The notes: generated from the sequence alone by a model not told the origin. DNA of 64,000 bases from an uncultured Mycoplasmatota bacterium (GCA_945919295.1 CAMEJC010000001.1:16973-80972), one strand, 5' to 3'. Shown: positions 36,115 to 45,661, counted from the first letter of the stretch. Program-made: numbers and translations.

Positions 36115-36519
36115 TTATTCTCCTTTCTCTAAAATTAGTTCCAATGCTTTCTTGATACCAATTTCTTGAGCTTCTTCATAAGTATAGAAATCTTCTTCAT
36201 AAACACCATCTTCTAAACTTTGATGTTGTTTAGTAATTCTAAACATCCAAGACTCTTGTGATGATGAAAAGATTGTTATATGTAAATGATGTACTTCCCT
36301 CAACCATCTTTGTGCAACATCGAGAGTTGGTGCAGAATATTGTTCCATATACGATGGTGCAGAACTTTGATTCATAACAACAAGGTGTTCTCTGTAAACT
36401 GAATATGGATAGAAAACTCCATGTTGATAATATGCTGTTCCTTCCCAATCAAATCCTGCTTCTTTTAATAGTTTCGCTACTTCTAAAGATACGTAGTATT
36501 CGTGATTTGTTGTTTTCAT
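36115..36519 (-). CDS. hypothetical protein, family B
   Basis: MKTTNHEYYVSLEVAKLLKEAGFDWE ... ILEKGE. Confidence 0.5.
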   Translation of the reverse strand: MKTTNHEYYVSLEVAKLLKEAGFDWEGTAYYQHGVFYPYSVYREHLVVMNQSSAPSYMEQYSAPTLDVAQRWLREVHHLHITIFSSSQESWMFRITKQHQSLEDGVYEEDFYTYEEAQEIGIKKALELILEKGE

Positions 36520-37064
36520 TATTGTTCCATTTGTTTAGTGAATTGAAATAAATTCATTTTACATGTCACTTCACCCGTTCTCGGATGAATATAAGTAGCA
36601 TATTCTTGAAATAATTTCCAAGCTCGTTGAAGGTCTATCGCATGTTGATCTTGTACAGCTACCTTGCAAATTTGTAATAATCGTTCTCTATCTTGTGAAT
36701 CGTTAGCATATTGATCTATAATAGATTCTATCCTATCTTTTATTTTCTTATCATAAGAGGTTTGAAAAAGATCTTCTATATAAAGACAATGCACTCGACA
36801 CCAACGTATAAGCTTTTTCAAGGACATCTCTGTGTATCCCCCATTACCAAAATAAACCCTTAGATGAGTCCAACAACGACTGAAATGTGAAGAAAAAGCC
36901 TGATAATAATTTATACCAAATCTTTGCACATCGGAAAAGTATATACCCTGATGATAGGAACTCTGAATATATGCTTTCAGAACCTCAATCATTCTTTTGT
37001 CTTTGGTAGTTGTGCTGATAATATGATTAATTATCTGTGTGGATTTATACTCTTTTGTTTTCAT
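36519..37064 (-). CDS. hypothetical protein
   Basis: 181 aa; noticeably higher G+C. Confidence 0.45.
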   Translation of the reverse strand: MKTKEYKSTQIINHIISTTTKDKRMIEVLKAYIQSSYHQGIYFSDVQRFGINYYQAFSSHFSRCWTHLRVYFGNGGYTEMSLKKLIRWCRVHCLYIEDLFQTSYDKKIKDRIESIIDQYANDSQDRERLLQICKVAVQDQHAIDLQRAWKLFQEYATYIHPRTGEVTCKMNLFQFTKQMEQ

Positions 37065-37091
37065 AACTAATATTTTATAAGTTAATTATTT

Positions 37092-37334
37092 CTAATTACA
37101 AGTCATTAACACTTCTATAGTATCTCCTACATTGTATAACACATATTCTGATTCTGTAGCAGGACACGATATTTTTTCACCATCACTGCATTGTAAAATG
37201 AAGTAATACTTATTACTTGAAATTGTGTGATAAATACACTTTTTATCTAATATCACACAATTATCTTTTACACATGCAGTTAAAAGAAATACTAATAGTA
37301 AGCATAATAGAATAGTTATAAATTTATTTTTCAT
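37092..37334 (-). CDS. small lipoprotein
   Basis: Signal peptide LLCLLLVFLLTAC followed by VKDN. Confidence 0.45.
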   Translation of the reverse strand: MKNKFITILLCLLLVFLLTACVKDNCVILDKKCIYHTISSNKYYFILQCSDGEKISCPATESEYVLYNVGDTIEVLMTCN

Positions 37335-37510
37335 ATAATTAAAGTCTTTTAATCATGATACATATTAATTACTTTACTTGTAATTGCCATTCTTCTTCAA
37401 AATCTTTTGGAACAATACCTAATTGCGATAATGTTCCTGCGAGTGTAAAATCTAATGATTCTTTATTATAAAGCTCTCTTATATTTACAACTCTTAAGTT
37501 TGTTTTCAAA

Positions 37511-37954
37511 TCATTTATTAAAATTATACATTCCTTCAGGTGCTTCAATTGCGAGTCCTTTTTCAATAAGACCTCTGTAATCAAAATGTCGCTTATTTAA
37601 GTAGTCAAGTAAAAACGCCATATCATCAATAGAGATACTATTCCCTAAATGAATATCGTCTATTAAATTAAATTTTCCTGAATAAATTCTTGTAAAATCG
37701 TATGGTAAATGCTCCTGTAAAAATCCAAATTCTTCATCTGTCATACTTTTCATTGGACGAAGATACGGTTGACAGTCTGTTAATTTTACTTCAATAGGGT
37801 ATCCTCCTGCTCCTAGAACATAAATTTTTTCACTTTGGTGCATTACAAACAATTTCCAAGGATCATCTTCGTATTTTACTTTCAACTTTACATAATATGG
37901 AAACCTTCCACAAAGGTCTTTCCTTAATAAATTATGTTTTTCGTCTTCTGTCAT
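37511..37954 (-). CDS. hypothetical protein, family C (MTxEEK...HFDYRGLIEKGLA)
   Basis: Five-member family (also 38384, 47441, 50433, 53859) with conserved PYGV, KPYLRPM.SMT.EE and HFDYRGLIEKGLA motifs. Confidence 0.5.
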   Translation of the reverse strand: MTEDEKHNLLRKDLCGRFPYYVKLKVKYEDDPWKLFVMHQSEKIYVLGAGGYPIEVKLTDCQPYLRPMKSMTDEEFGFLQEHLPYDFTRIYSGKFNLIDDIHLGNSISIDDMAFLLDYLNKRHFDYRGLIEKGLAIEAPEGMYNFNK

Positions 37955-37971
37955 AGTTTAATATGAATTTA

Positions 37972-38379
37972 TTATAAGTCATAATTATTTTTAATATAAC
38001 TTAACAAGATGTTCAAATCATCTTGTTTCATATCTTCAATAAAGCTTTCAAAAGGGTTTATTACTTTTAACGCCTTTCGTCTAACATCAGAATTTACCAC
38101 AGCATCAGTTACTTCTTCTACTGCCTCATCTACTGTATTATAGGAATCAGTATAATCAACATCAACAAAATCATAGTCTTCATATCCATATTCCTTACCT
38201 TTAATGGTCATACTAACAATAGATAACGGAACTTCTAATTTATTATTATATACATAATATTGCATATTAAAAGTAGTTCCATTATATATCAATAATATCT
38301 CTGAATCTCCTAATATATCAATATCAATTCCAAGACTATTACATCTAGTTTTCAATTTATCCAAAAATTCTTTTTCCAT
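37972..38379 (-). CDS. hypothetical protein
   Basis: 135-aa ORF. Confidence 0.45.
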   Translation of the reverse strand: MEKEFLDKLKTRCNSLGIDIDILGDSEILLIYNGTTFNMQYYVYNNKLEVPLSIVSMTIKGKEYGYEDYDFVDVDYTDSYNTVDEAVEEVTDAVVNSDVRRKALKVINPFESFIEDMKQDDLNILLSYIKNNYDL

Positions 38380-38383
38380 AAGC

Positions 38384-38845
38384 CTAATAAATATTTAATT
38401 CTGTTGCATCAATTGCGAGTTCTTTTTCAATAAGGCCACGATAGTCGAAATGATGAGCATTAAGCCAATCGACTATAACAGATGATGCTATATATTCAAG
38501 AACTTCGCCTTCATTTATATTCGATGATAAAGACTCTTGTATATTCGATGATAAAGACTCTTGAAGTTGTTTATCTAAAGCTTTACCAAAATATTCTTCA
38601 CTTATATGTTCTAATTCTCTCTTCTCTTCTTCTGTCATACTAATCATTGGACGAAGATAAGGTTTAAATTCTTCAATTCTAACTGAAGTACCAGCATGTA
38701 CTTCTTTTCTTAAATCCAATCCATATAGATTTTCAGGACCCCAATCTTTTTCTTCTAAGAAAGGATATTCTACGCGTATTTTGACCCCATACGGCAATCT
38801 TGAACTGAGATCTTTAATCAATAATTCTTTTTCTTCTTGTGTCAT
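38384..38845 (-). CDS. hypothetical protein, family C
   Basis: Contains an internal 21-bp tandem duplication encoding LQESLSSNIQESLSSNI. Confidence 0.5.
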   Translation of the reverse strand: MTQEEKELLIKDLSSRLPYGVKIRVEYPFLEEKDWGPENLYGLDLRKEVHAGTSVRIEEFKPYLRPMISMTEEEKRELEHISEEYFGKALDKQLQESLSSNIQESLSSNINEGEVLEYIASSVIVDWLNAHHFDYRGLIEKELAIDATELNIY

Positions 38846-38853
38846 AGTTAAAT

Positions 38854-39132
38854 CTACTTTTTCATTTCTTTTTTTAAATCTTCATACATATCATCAAACC
38901 ATTGTTCAAATTCGCAAGTCATATAGTAATCGTGTATATTATTTTTTAGCCACTCGCAAACATTGTCAATGAGTTTTTCTTTCTCTTGTACGAATTGTTT
39001 ATCTTTCCATTTTGCCATGTCCATTGCAGAATCATAACATTCTTCTTCTGAATATTTATGGCTTGCACCACCTTCACCATAAAATTCTCTATTAAATCTT
39101 GCAATTTCATATGCTTTTTCTTCGTTTGTCAT
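38854..39132 (-). CDS. hypothetical protein, family D
   Basis: MAKWKDKQFVQEKEKLIDNVCEW is paralogous to 51553-51816. Confidence 0.45.
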   Translation of the reverse strand: MTNEEKAYEIARFNREFYGEGGASHKYSEEECYDSAMDMAKWKDKQFVQEKEKLIDNVCEWLKNNIHDYYMTCEFEQWFDDMYEDLKKEMKK

Positions 39133-39157
39133 AATATTAATTTTTTAAGTTAATTAG

Positions 39158-39244
39158 TACCACCAGTGGGATTCGAACCCACACGGACATTACTGCCCAA
39201 CGGATTTTAAGTCCGTCTTGTCTGCCTAGTTCCAACATGGTGGC
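39158..39244 (-). tRNA. tRNA-Leu(TAA)
   Basis: 87 nt; acceptor GCCACCA/TGGTGGT; anticodon arm ACGGA-CTTAAAA-TCCGT (anticodon TAA); long variable arm; T-arm GTGGGTTCGAATCCCAC. Confidence 0.85.
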
Positions 39245-39257
39245 TTATTCATTTTAT

Positions 39258-39533
39258 TTATTTTCTATCACCTATATATTCAACCAATGACTTCATATCA
39301 CGAACTAATTCATCTTTTACCCATGCCTTATCAGCATCGCCACTTAAAGCCATTACTACATCCCGATAACTCAAAATACGACGTTCAGGGTCAGGATGAA
39401 TAGACATTAAAAATGGGTCATCTAATTTATGGCTCAATAGGTCTTTAAAAACTAATTCCATTATCGAAAGTAATACTGAATCATATTCACTACTATTCTC
39501 TTTTTTCCAAATAATAAAATCTTCGTTACTCAT
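39258..39533 (-). CDS. hypothetical protein
   Basis: 91-aa ORF. Confidence 0.4.
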   Translation of the reverse strand: MSNEDFIIWKKENSSEYDSVLLSIMELVFKDLLSHKLDDPFLMSIHPDPERRILSYRDVVMALSGDADKAWVKDELVRDMKSLVEYIGDRK

Positions 39534-39565
39534 ATTATAACTTTTTTTCTATTTCAACAAAATAA

Positions 39566-40174
39566 TTATAAAATTCGTTTACCAATTTTTATTTTCTTTG
39601 CTACAACTTTAGAATCAAATTCATGCCTTTCATCAGAAACTCCTTCAAGCTCAACCTCATGAACAACTATTTCTTTTCCTAAATCTCCATAATAGTAGCT
39701 AAATACATCAGTTAGACTTAAACAAGCGTGAAAACCTTGTTTACATAATAGAGGTTTACCTTTAATTTTATAAGTCTTACCTTCTTCATATTGAAAACCA
39801 CGACAAGTCATATTTGAATTAAATACTTTATATGCTTTGCATTTACCTTCAACTACTTCTTGTGTTTCATAGGTTGTATTACCAATAATTACACTTTTTA
39901 AATTGTTACAAATATCGAAAGCAAATCCTTCAATACTCGTTACTGAATTTGGAATTGTAATAGAAGTAAGATTTAAACAGTCTTTAAACGCACAACGTCC
40001 AATTTCCGTTATTGAGTTAGGTAGAGTAATAGAAGTAAGTAAGGTGCAACCACAGAATGCATAATATCCGATGCTTGTATATCCATCAATCATATCAGAA
40101 GTAATAACTTCTAATTTATCTAATCCAAGTTTTTCTATAAGTACTCTTGTTAATACTTTTTCTTCATTTTCCAT
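39566..40174 (-). CDS. BspA-type leucine-rich repeat protein
   Basis: YAFCGCTLLTSITLPNSITEIGRCAF... matches LRR_5/BspA repeats; C-terminal domain shared with 44270-45016. Confidence 0.55.
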   Translation of the reverse strand: MENEEKVLTRVLIEKLGLDKLEVITSDMIDGYTSIGYYAFCGCTLLTSITLPNSITEIGRCAFKDCLNLTSITIPNSVTSIEGFAFDICNNLKSVIIGNTTYETQEVVEGKCKAYKVFNSNMTCRGFQYEEGKTYKIKGKPLLCKQGFHACLSLTDVFSYYYGDLGKEIVVHEVELEGVSDERHEFDSKVVAKKIKIGKRIL

Positions 40175-40245
40175 AATAACTAAATTTATTCTAAAAGTTT
40201 TTTACATGATAAATTAATGGAGTTCCGTCATCATATTTATAGTTG

Positions 40246-40330
40246 CGGAGGCTGTAGGATTCGAACCTACGGTACCTATTGGTACGGCGATTTTCAAGAC
40301 CGCTGGATTAAACCACTCTCCCAAACCTCC
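40246..40330 (-). tRNA. tRNA-Ser(TGA)
   Basis: 85 nt; anticodon arm GCGGT-CTTGAAA-ATCGC (anticodon TGA); long variable arm; T-arm GTAGGTTCGAATCCTAC. Confidence 0.85.
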
Positions 40331-40419
40331 ATATTATGGCTACTTTTATTTTCACACTGCAAAGATAATATATTTTTTTGAGATATAAAACAATTTTGTT
40401 TATAAAAATAGATTATCTT

Positions 40420-40776
40420 TTATTTTATTCTTTTTCCGAGTTTAATAGTAAATACCAATTTGTCTGGCGGTGCTCCCCATTCAGGTTTTCCTTTTCCTAT
40501 CAGAACACTTTTAAATTCAAACATCATTGTTCTCTTGGTGTATCCGTAAGAGAACTTGACAGCATCGTACTTATAGAAATTATATAGTTTTGTTTGTATG
40601 CAATTTTCACAGCAGTTATTTATACAATCAATAAACATATCTCCACTTACCCAATTATCACACAACCGTTTTATCCAATACGGTTTAATCTCTCGGTACT
40701 CTTCGGGTTTTTCGCCACTTTCTATCATTTCGTACCATTTCTTTTTGAGTGGTAAGTATAATATTTTCATTTCCAT
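40420..40776 (-). CDS. hypothetical protein (ASCH/PUA-like N-term?)
   Basis: LPLKKKWYEMIESGEKPEEYREIK resembles the ASCH domain start; Cys-rich middle. Confidence 0.35.
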   Translation of the reverse strand: MEMKILYLPLKKKWYEMIESGEKPEEYREIKPYWIKRLCDNWVSGDMFIDCINNCCENCIQTKLYNFYKYDAVKFSYGYTKRTMMFEFKSVLIGKGKPEWGAPPDKLVFTIKLGKRIK

Positions 40777-40778
40777 AT

Positions 40779-41081
40779 TTAAAATAATGTTTGTTGTTGT
40801 AATGTTACTTTGTATCTATTTGGTCGTTGTGTACCAAGATAAATGATATACGGACAATCATTTTGTTGTGTTGCTTCGTAAGACTTCTGCCGTATAGTGT
40901 TGTTACCTTGACCAATATATTGTGTTAAAATATCTTCTTGAATTTTGCAACGTATCTTTGTATAAGTGTCGTTCTTTGCATTGTATCGACAGCCTTTTAC
41001 GCAGTTGTCGCAGTTCATATTCATCCAAGCACCAAATTCAGAACCATTGCTGAAACAAGGTTTATTGCAGTCCTTTTTCAT
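40779..41081 (-). CDS. Cys-rich hypothetical protein
   Basis: Start set at MKKDCNKPCF; the upstream extension is non-coding-like. Confidence 0.4.
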   Translation of the reverse strand: MKKDCNKPCFSNGSEFGAWMNMNCDNCVKGCRYNAKNDTYTKIRCKIQEDILTQYIGQGNNTIRQKSYEATQQNDCPYIIYLGTQRPNRYKVTLQQQTLF

Positions 41082-41296
41082 TTTTCTATCTCCTTGAAAA
41101 TTACTTCCTTTCTGTCTATTCGTAAGTAACAACTACATTCACCTGTTATTTTATGTTTTTCATAACAGTCAACATTAATATCCTTCAAATAGCAACCTTT
41201 ACAAACCCTTGCAATATCTTTATTCTCAATAGATTGCTCAACAACTTCAAGAGTTGTACCGTTGTAGTCAAATCTTTCTCCAATTTTTCGTTCCAT
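41078..41296 (-). CDS. hypothetical protein
   Basis: Start at MERKIGERFDYNGTTLEV, adjacent to the upstream stop; CKGCY motif. Confidence 0.4.
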   Translation of the reverse strand: MERKIGERFDYNGTTLEVVEQSIENKDIARVCKGCYLKDINVDCYEKHKITGECSCYLRIDRKEVIFKEIEK

Positions 41297-41297
41297 A

Positions 41298-41531
41298 TCA
41301 AAAAAGTTTAGTTTGTGTATCATTGGGGTTTGGCTCTTGCAATATTTCTGCAAATTTATCTTCTGGTATATCAGCTTCTGTTCTGCAACCATGCTCAATA
41401 CCATCATTAACCATTCGTCTGACCTGTGCATCAGTCATAGGCTTTCCGTTGTAAGTGAAGTATCCATACAAGTTCTTACTCCAACAGTTTCTTTTAAAAC
41501 CTTTTAGATTTGTTTTCAAAGTTACTTCCAT
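41298..41531 (-). CDS. hypothetical protein
   Basis: 77-aa ORF. Confidence 0.4.
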   Translation of the reverse strand: MEVTLKTNLKGFKRNCWSKNLYGYFTYNGKPMTDAQVRRMVNDGIEHGCRTEADIPEDKFAEILQEPNPNDTQTKLF

Positions 41532-41573
41532 AAGCTTATAAGTTAAGATTTGTTTGTCAAAATTTTAAATTTT

Positions 41574-42167
41574 TTATTCACACACAGGACGTACTGACAA
41601 TCCAGTGTATCTAGGAGTCATATAGATTTCAATTATTGATTTATTGAAATCAAACGATTCTGAATAATCAGGTTCATAATATGCTTTATTTATCCAATAA
41701 CTGCCATATTTATCTTTATATTGCACACAATCGTATTGTTTCGAGCCTGAAAATGGTAAAAATATTTTATTACCATTTATTTTACTTGTAACATTATAAC
41801 CTGAAACACCATTAATTGTTTCAACTTCAAACGTACATTTAGTTGTTAGTTCAAACCATTCATTATATTTTGGTATGCGCCATGAACCACCCCATTTAAC
41901 GTGCGCAGCATCGTCTTCAGATTCAAGTATCATTTTATTGTCTTTATCATTGTATTTGTCAATAATAAACCGCTTTGTTTCATTATTTAATTGATACCAT
42001 TTATATGTTTCAAAATTATATATATCCTTTGGCTCTGTTTCGCCCCAAGCAAAATAATCGCCATACTCCTCGGGCGAGGAAGCACCCACGTTGCAAGTAG
42101 CCCATTTTACACTCAAGCCTAAATCAACGTATTCGTGGTTATTTTCAATATTCTGTTTCATTATCAT
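41574..42167 (-). CDS. Fibrobacter-succinogenes-major-paralogous-domain (TIGR02145/FISUMP)-like protein
   Basis: VDLGLSVKWATCNVGA...YFAWGE...WRIPKYNEWFEL...GLSVRPV pattern typical of TIGR02145/DUF1566-type domains. Confidence 0.5.
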   Translation of the reverse strand: MIMKQNIENNHEYVDLGLSVKWATCNVGASSPEEYGDYFAWGETEPKDIYNFETYKWYQLNNETKRFIIDKYNDKDNKMILESEDDAAHVKWGGSWRIPKYNEWFELTTKCTFEVETINGVSGYNVTSKINGNKIFLPFSGSKQYDCVQYKDKYGSYWINKAYYEPDYSESFDFNKSIIEIYMTPRYTGLSVRPVCE

Positions 42168-42180
42168 AAACTCCTATAAA

Positions 42181-42513
42181 TTATAAATTCATAATTCTTT
42201 TCTCTATTTCTTTGTCAAGCATCTTTGCTGTTATCGACTTGATATAATCAGGAATAACGTCTTCATTACAATCAAAACATATTGAAGAATCACTTATTAC
42301 AGCAACGTCAATAACGTAATCAACAGGTTGGCTACATTGAAAATCAACGTCGTAATAGTATTCGTGATGCCCTTCAGTATGGAGTGTGTTTCCATAACCA
42401 ATAAAAACATCATCAACTTCCAATTCAACGTCGATTACTTGATCTTTTTCAAATACATCTACTTGTTCAATGTATTTGTCGATTATTTTTTCGATGATTT
42501 CTTCTATTCCCAT
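42181..42513 (-). CDS. acidic hypothetical protein
   Basis: 110 aa; leader AAAAAAGGAGACAATTATG; N-term MGIEE shared with small ORF 54878-55054. Confidence 0.45.
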   Translation of the reverse strand: MGIEEIIEKIIDKYIEQVDVFEKDQVIDVELEVDDVFIGYGNTLHTEGHHEYYYDVDFQCSQPVDYVIDVAVISDSSICFDCNEDVIPDYIKSITAKMLDKEIEKRIMNL

Positions 42514-42547
42514 AATTGTCTCCTTTTTTAGTTAATACTTGTTTTTG

Positions 42548-42606
42548 TTTTGGTACTGCAAAGGTACAACAAATTTATAATATACTACATAATTTTGTTT
42601 ATAAAA
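42548..42606 (-). promoter_or_regulatory. class-A promoter
   Basis: Same consensus, followed by the SD-type leader. Confidence 0.55.
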
Positions 42607-42753
42607 TTTTCTAACCTAAAATTGCCAACAATACCTATATCTTCAAATAAAACAAAAAAAATGATATAATAATGATTTTTGTTTATAAAAAAAATCTATA
42701 AACAAAAACCAAACATATATCTCTATGTAATATAGAAAAATGGTAAAAGTACG

Positions 42754-43152
42754 TCAATCAACCTTTTCCAATTTTATAGGTTCACCACTATCCTCGCAAG
42801 TTAAGGTTTCACCGAGATAAACATTCCATCCAATATCCTCATTCTTTGATCTATTAAGAATTACTTGATGATATATTTCACGATATAGATAATATGTTTC
42901 AGCAATGAATTTCCTTTGATTATCATTTGGACATGGACTTCCACTCCAACCATAACTTCCTCCACGTCCAAGGTCAGGAGCAATAAGAGGTTGAAGTTTT
43001 TCCAATTCTTCAATAATTTTTCTATACTCTTTGAGACAAACTGTTGAATTTGATAATTCTGTTTGACCTGCAATGAAACGACAACAATCCTCAACACATC
43101 TCGCAAGGAGCATTAACTGATGCTCTGTCAGTTCTATTCGCCATTTATTCAT
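42754..43152 (-). CDS. hypothetical protein
   Basis: 132 aa; higher G+C. Confidence 0.45.
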   Translation of the reverse strand: MNKWRIELTEHQLMLLARCVEDCCRFIAGQTELSNSTVCLKEYRKIIEELEKLQPLIAPDLGRGGSYGWSGSPCPNDNQRKFIAETYYLYREIYHQVILNRSKNEDIGWNVYLGETLTCEDSGEPIKLEKVD

Positions 43153-43168
43153 AATTCATGCATAGTTT

Positions 43169-43831
43169 TTATTGTTCAAAATCTTCTTCATAAAAATCAT
43201 TTTCTGTTAAATGTCGTGAATCAATTTTTATATTACCCCAATGTTCTAACACTGTTTTTACATTACTAGTAGGACTACATCCCAAAGCAATAGTAGTACA
43301 AAAGCGTTCTTTTTCTATATTAGTTTTATAAAAGTTATTTCGCTCTTTTAGAACTTCAAATACTTTATTGACAGCATCTTCTCCTATTTTATCTTTAAGA
43401 GGCATCTCTTTTTTGTAATCTCTATAACCAGGATGGAATCCATATTCGTCTGTATAAGATTTTTTATAATCATCTACAAAATATTCGTTGCTAATATCAT
43501 CTATGATTAAATCAAGATATTCCTGTCTATTATCTTTAATTTTATATGCTTCAAGATATTTATTTAAGATATAATGAAACTCCTCTTCTGATAAATAATA
43601 CCATTGATAAAATGGCTTATTAGTTCCTTTATACAATTCCATAAGTTTATTAAAGTCAGCAGAAGGCTGTGCTTTAGCATACATTTCCGTAAGACATTCT
43701 AATATAGCTTGTTCTATTACAGATGATCTATCAATTTTAAAATTTTTCTTTGACATATAATATAAAGTTAAAAAGTATCTACTTAATAAGTCGTTATTGT
43801 TAATATAGGCTCTAATAGTATATTCAGACAT
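43169..43831 (-). CDS. hypothetical protein
   Basis: 220-aa ORF. Confidence 0.45.
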   Translation of the reverse strand: MSEYTIRAYINNNDLLSRYFLTLYYMSKKNFKIDRSSVIEQAILECLTEMYAKAQPSADFNKLMELYKGTNKPFYQWYYLSEEEFHYILNKYLEAYKIKDNRQEYLDLIIDDISNEYFVDDYKKSYTDEYGFHPGYRDYKKEMPLKDKIGEDAVNKVFEVLKERNNFYKTNIEKERFCTTIALGCSPTSNVKTVLEHWGNIKIDSRHLTENDFYEEDFEQ

Positions 43832-44267
43832 ATATGTTATCTATCACTTTACATACTTTATTTACATCACTCATTGTAAACTTAGTGTTATTATAACTAC
43901 AATAAAAATTTATAACCAATTCAGGTGCGCCTTCTAATGATGTCAGTTTGTTGTTATTACAATAAAAATTTCCTATAATCTCTCTCGGTGATTCTTCTAG
44001 TGTCGTAAGTTTGTTATAGGCACAAATAAAGCTCCCTTCAACCTTTTTTGGACAACCTCTTAATGATGTCAGCTTATTGAAGCCACAATAAAAGTCTCCT
44101 TTAACAGTTCCGAACTGAATGTAAGAAGGAAACTCTGTAAGATCACAATCACTTAAACTAACGTCTCCATACACATCTATTGTATAATCATCATTGATAG
44201 TATAGTTTGTAATCTCATACTTCTTCAACCAACTTTTAATTAACCATTTTTTAATCAGTGTTTTCAT
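43824..44267 (-). CDS. small LRR-repeat protein
   Basis: MKTLIKKWLIKSWLKKYEITNYTIN; NKLTSLRGCPKKVEGSFIC repeats. Confidence 0.5.
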   Translation of the reverse strand: MKTLIKKWLIKSWLKKYEITNYTINDDYTIDVYGDVSLSDCDLTEFPSYIQFGTVKGDFYCGFNKLTSLRGCPKKVEGSFICAYNKLTTLEESPREIIGNFYCNNNKLTSLEGAPELVINFYCSYNNTKFTMSDVNKVCKVIDNIYV

Positions 44268-44269
44268 AA

Positions 44270-45016
44270 TTATAAAATTCGTTTACCAATAGTTATTTTC
44301 TTTGCTACAACTTTAGAATTATCTTCATCCCTTTCATCAGAAACTCCTTCAAGTTCTACCTCGTGAATAACAATATCTTTTCCAATTTCACCATAATAAT
44401 AGTCAAACACATCCAAAAGGTTCAAACAAGCGTGAAAACCTCTATTACACAATTTAGGTTCACAGTCAATCTCATAAGTCTTACCTTCTTCATATTGAAA
44501 ATCACAACAAGTTAAATCAGCCTTAAATGCTTTATATGCTTTACATTTACCATTTGTTACTTTTTGTATTTCATAGGTTTTATCTCCAATAACTATACTT
44601 TTTAATTTATAGCATCTGTAAAAAACACACTCTCCAATGCTTGTTACGGAGTTGCCGATGGTTACCGAAGTCAGGCCGAAGCAACCAGAGAACGCACCAT
44701 CTCCGATGCTCGTTACGCTGTTAGGAATCGTTACCGAAGTCAGGCCGCTACAACGGGAGAACGCACCATATCCGATGCTCGTTACGCTGTTCGGTATCGT
44801 TACTGATGTCAGACCGCTGCAATCATTGAACGCAGAACCTCCGATGCTCGTTACGCTGTTCGGTATCGTTATCGAAGTCAGGCCGCTGCAACCAGAGAAC
44901 GCATAAATTCCGATGCTTGTATATCTATCAAGCATATCAGAAGTAATAACTTCTAATTTATTTAAACCAAGTTTCTCTACAAGTTCAAATGTTAGTATTT
45001 TTTCCTCATTTTCCAT
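44270..45016 (-). CDS. BspA-type LRR protein with recently expanded 23-aa repeats
   Basis: Start MENEEKILT by paralogy with 39566; four near-identical 69-bp units at 44634-44909 encode SGLTSVTIPNSVTSIGxGAFSxC repeats; C-terminal domain shared with 39566. Confidence 0.55.
   Translation of the reverse strand: MENEEKILTFELVEKLGLNKLEVITSDMLDRYTSIGIYAFSGCSGLTSITIPNSVTSIGGSAFNDCSGLTSVTIPNSVTSIGYGAFSRCSGLTSVTIPNSVTSIGDGAFSGCFGLTSVTIGNSVTSIGECVFYRCYKLKSIVIGDKTYEIQKVTNGKCKAYKAFKADLTCCDFQYEEGKTYEIDCEPKLCNRGFHACLNLLDVFDYYYGEIGKDIVIHEVELEGVSDERDEDNSKVVAKKITIGKRIL
44634..44909. repeat. four tandem 69-bp near-identical repeats (LRR-coding), G+C-rich relative to the genome
   Basis: Anchors CCGATG/CCAATG at 44634, 44703, 44772, 44841 and 44910; period exactly 69. 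Confidence 0.8.
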
Positions 45017-45656
45017 TGTAACTAAATTTAATTTTTTTATTATTAAAATATTCAATAATTTCTTCAAGAGACCATAATTGTTTTTGTCCATCCCAACCAA
45101 CATCTAATCGTAAGTCATGACAATTTTCATTTATTTCATCAATCCTACCATGACAATGACCATGTAGCATTATAGAACCATGTTCCATTGACCACCAATC
45201 CAACATTGGAAAATGACAAAGGAATAGACGTTGTGTTTCATTAAGAAATTCAAATCTACTTTTTTTGCAATCTAAAAGATACATTTGTTTACAAGTAACC
45301 CAACCATGAATAGATTCTCCTGAACTATCGTGATTACCTTTAATTAAATGTTTCTTTCCATGCAGCTTATGGAAAATCTTTTGCGTCTCCTCTACGCCAT
45401 AAAAAGAGAAATCACCTAAGATATATACTTCATCTTTCTTATCAATTATACTATTCCATTTGTTAATAATAAAGCAATCCATTCGTTTAATTGCCTCATC
45501 CTCGCTAATTTCAGTATTAGTTGATAAGTCAGTATAAACCCATTTATCTTCTACCTTATCACATTTAACACCTATATCTGCACAACGCTTTGGTGTATAA
45601 TGTAATATATTTTTATGGCCAAAGTGGGTATCACTTGTAAAATATAATTTATTCAT
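45006..45656 (-). CDS. metallophosphoesterase (PP-lambda/calcineurin-like)
   Basis: SDTHFGH, YILGDFSFYG, KGNHD and HGHCHG motifs. Confidence 0.6.
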   Translation of the reverse strand: MNKLYFTSDTHFGHKNILHYTPKRCADIGVKCDKVEDKWVYTDLSTNTEISEDEAIKRMDCFIINKWNSIIDKKDEVYILGDFSFYGVEETQKIFHKLHGKKHLIKGNHDSSGESIHGWVTCKQMYLLDCKKSRFEFLNETQRLFLCHFPMLDWWSMEHGSIMLHGHCHGRIDEINENCHDLRLDVGWDGQKQLWSLEEIIEYFNNKKIKFSYNGK

Positions 45657-45661
45657 AATAA

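Noticed and set aside
37369-37584. 71-aa ORF overlapping the 3' end of 37511-37954 by 74 nt
   Set aside because: Large overlap, no internal alternative start and no leader. It possibly is real, but the support is weak
44637-44906. + strand 89-aa ORF with internally repeated peptide
   Set aside because: It is the reverse-frame read of the 69-bp tandem repeats that encode LRR units of the minus-strand gene 44270-45016
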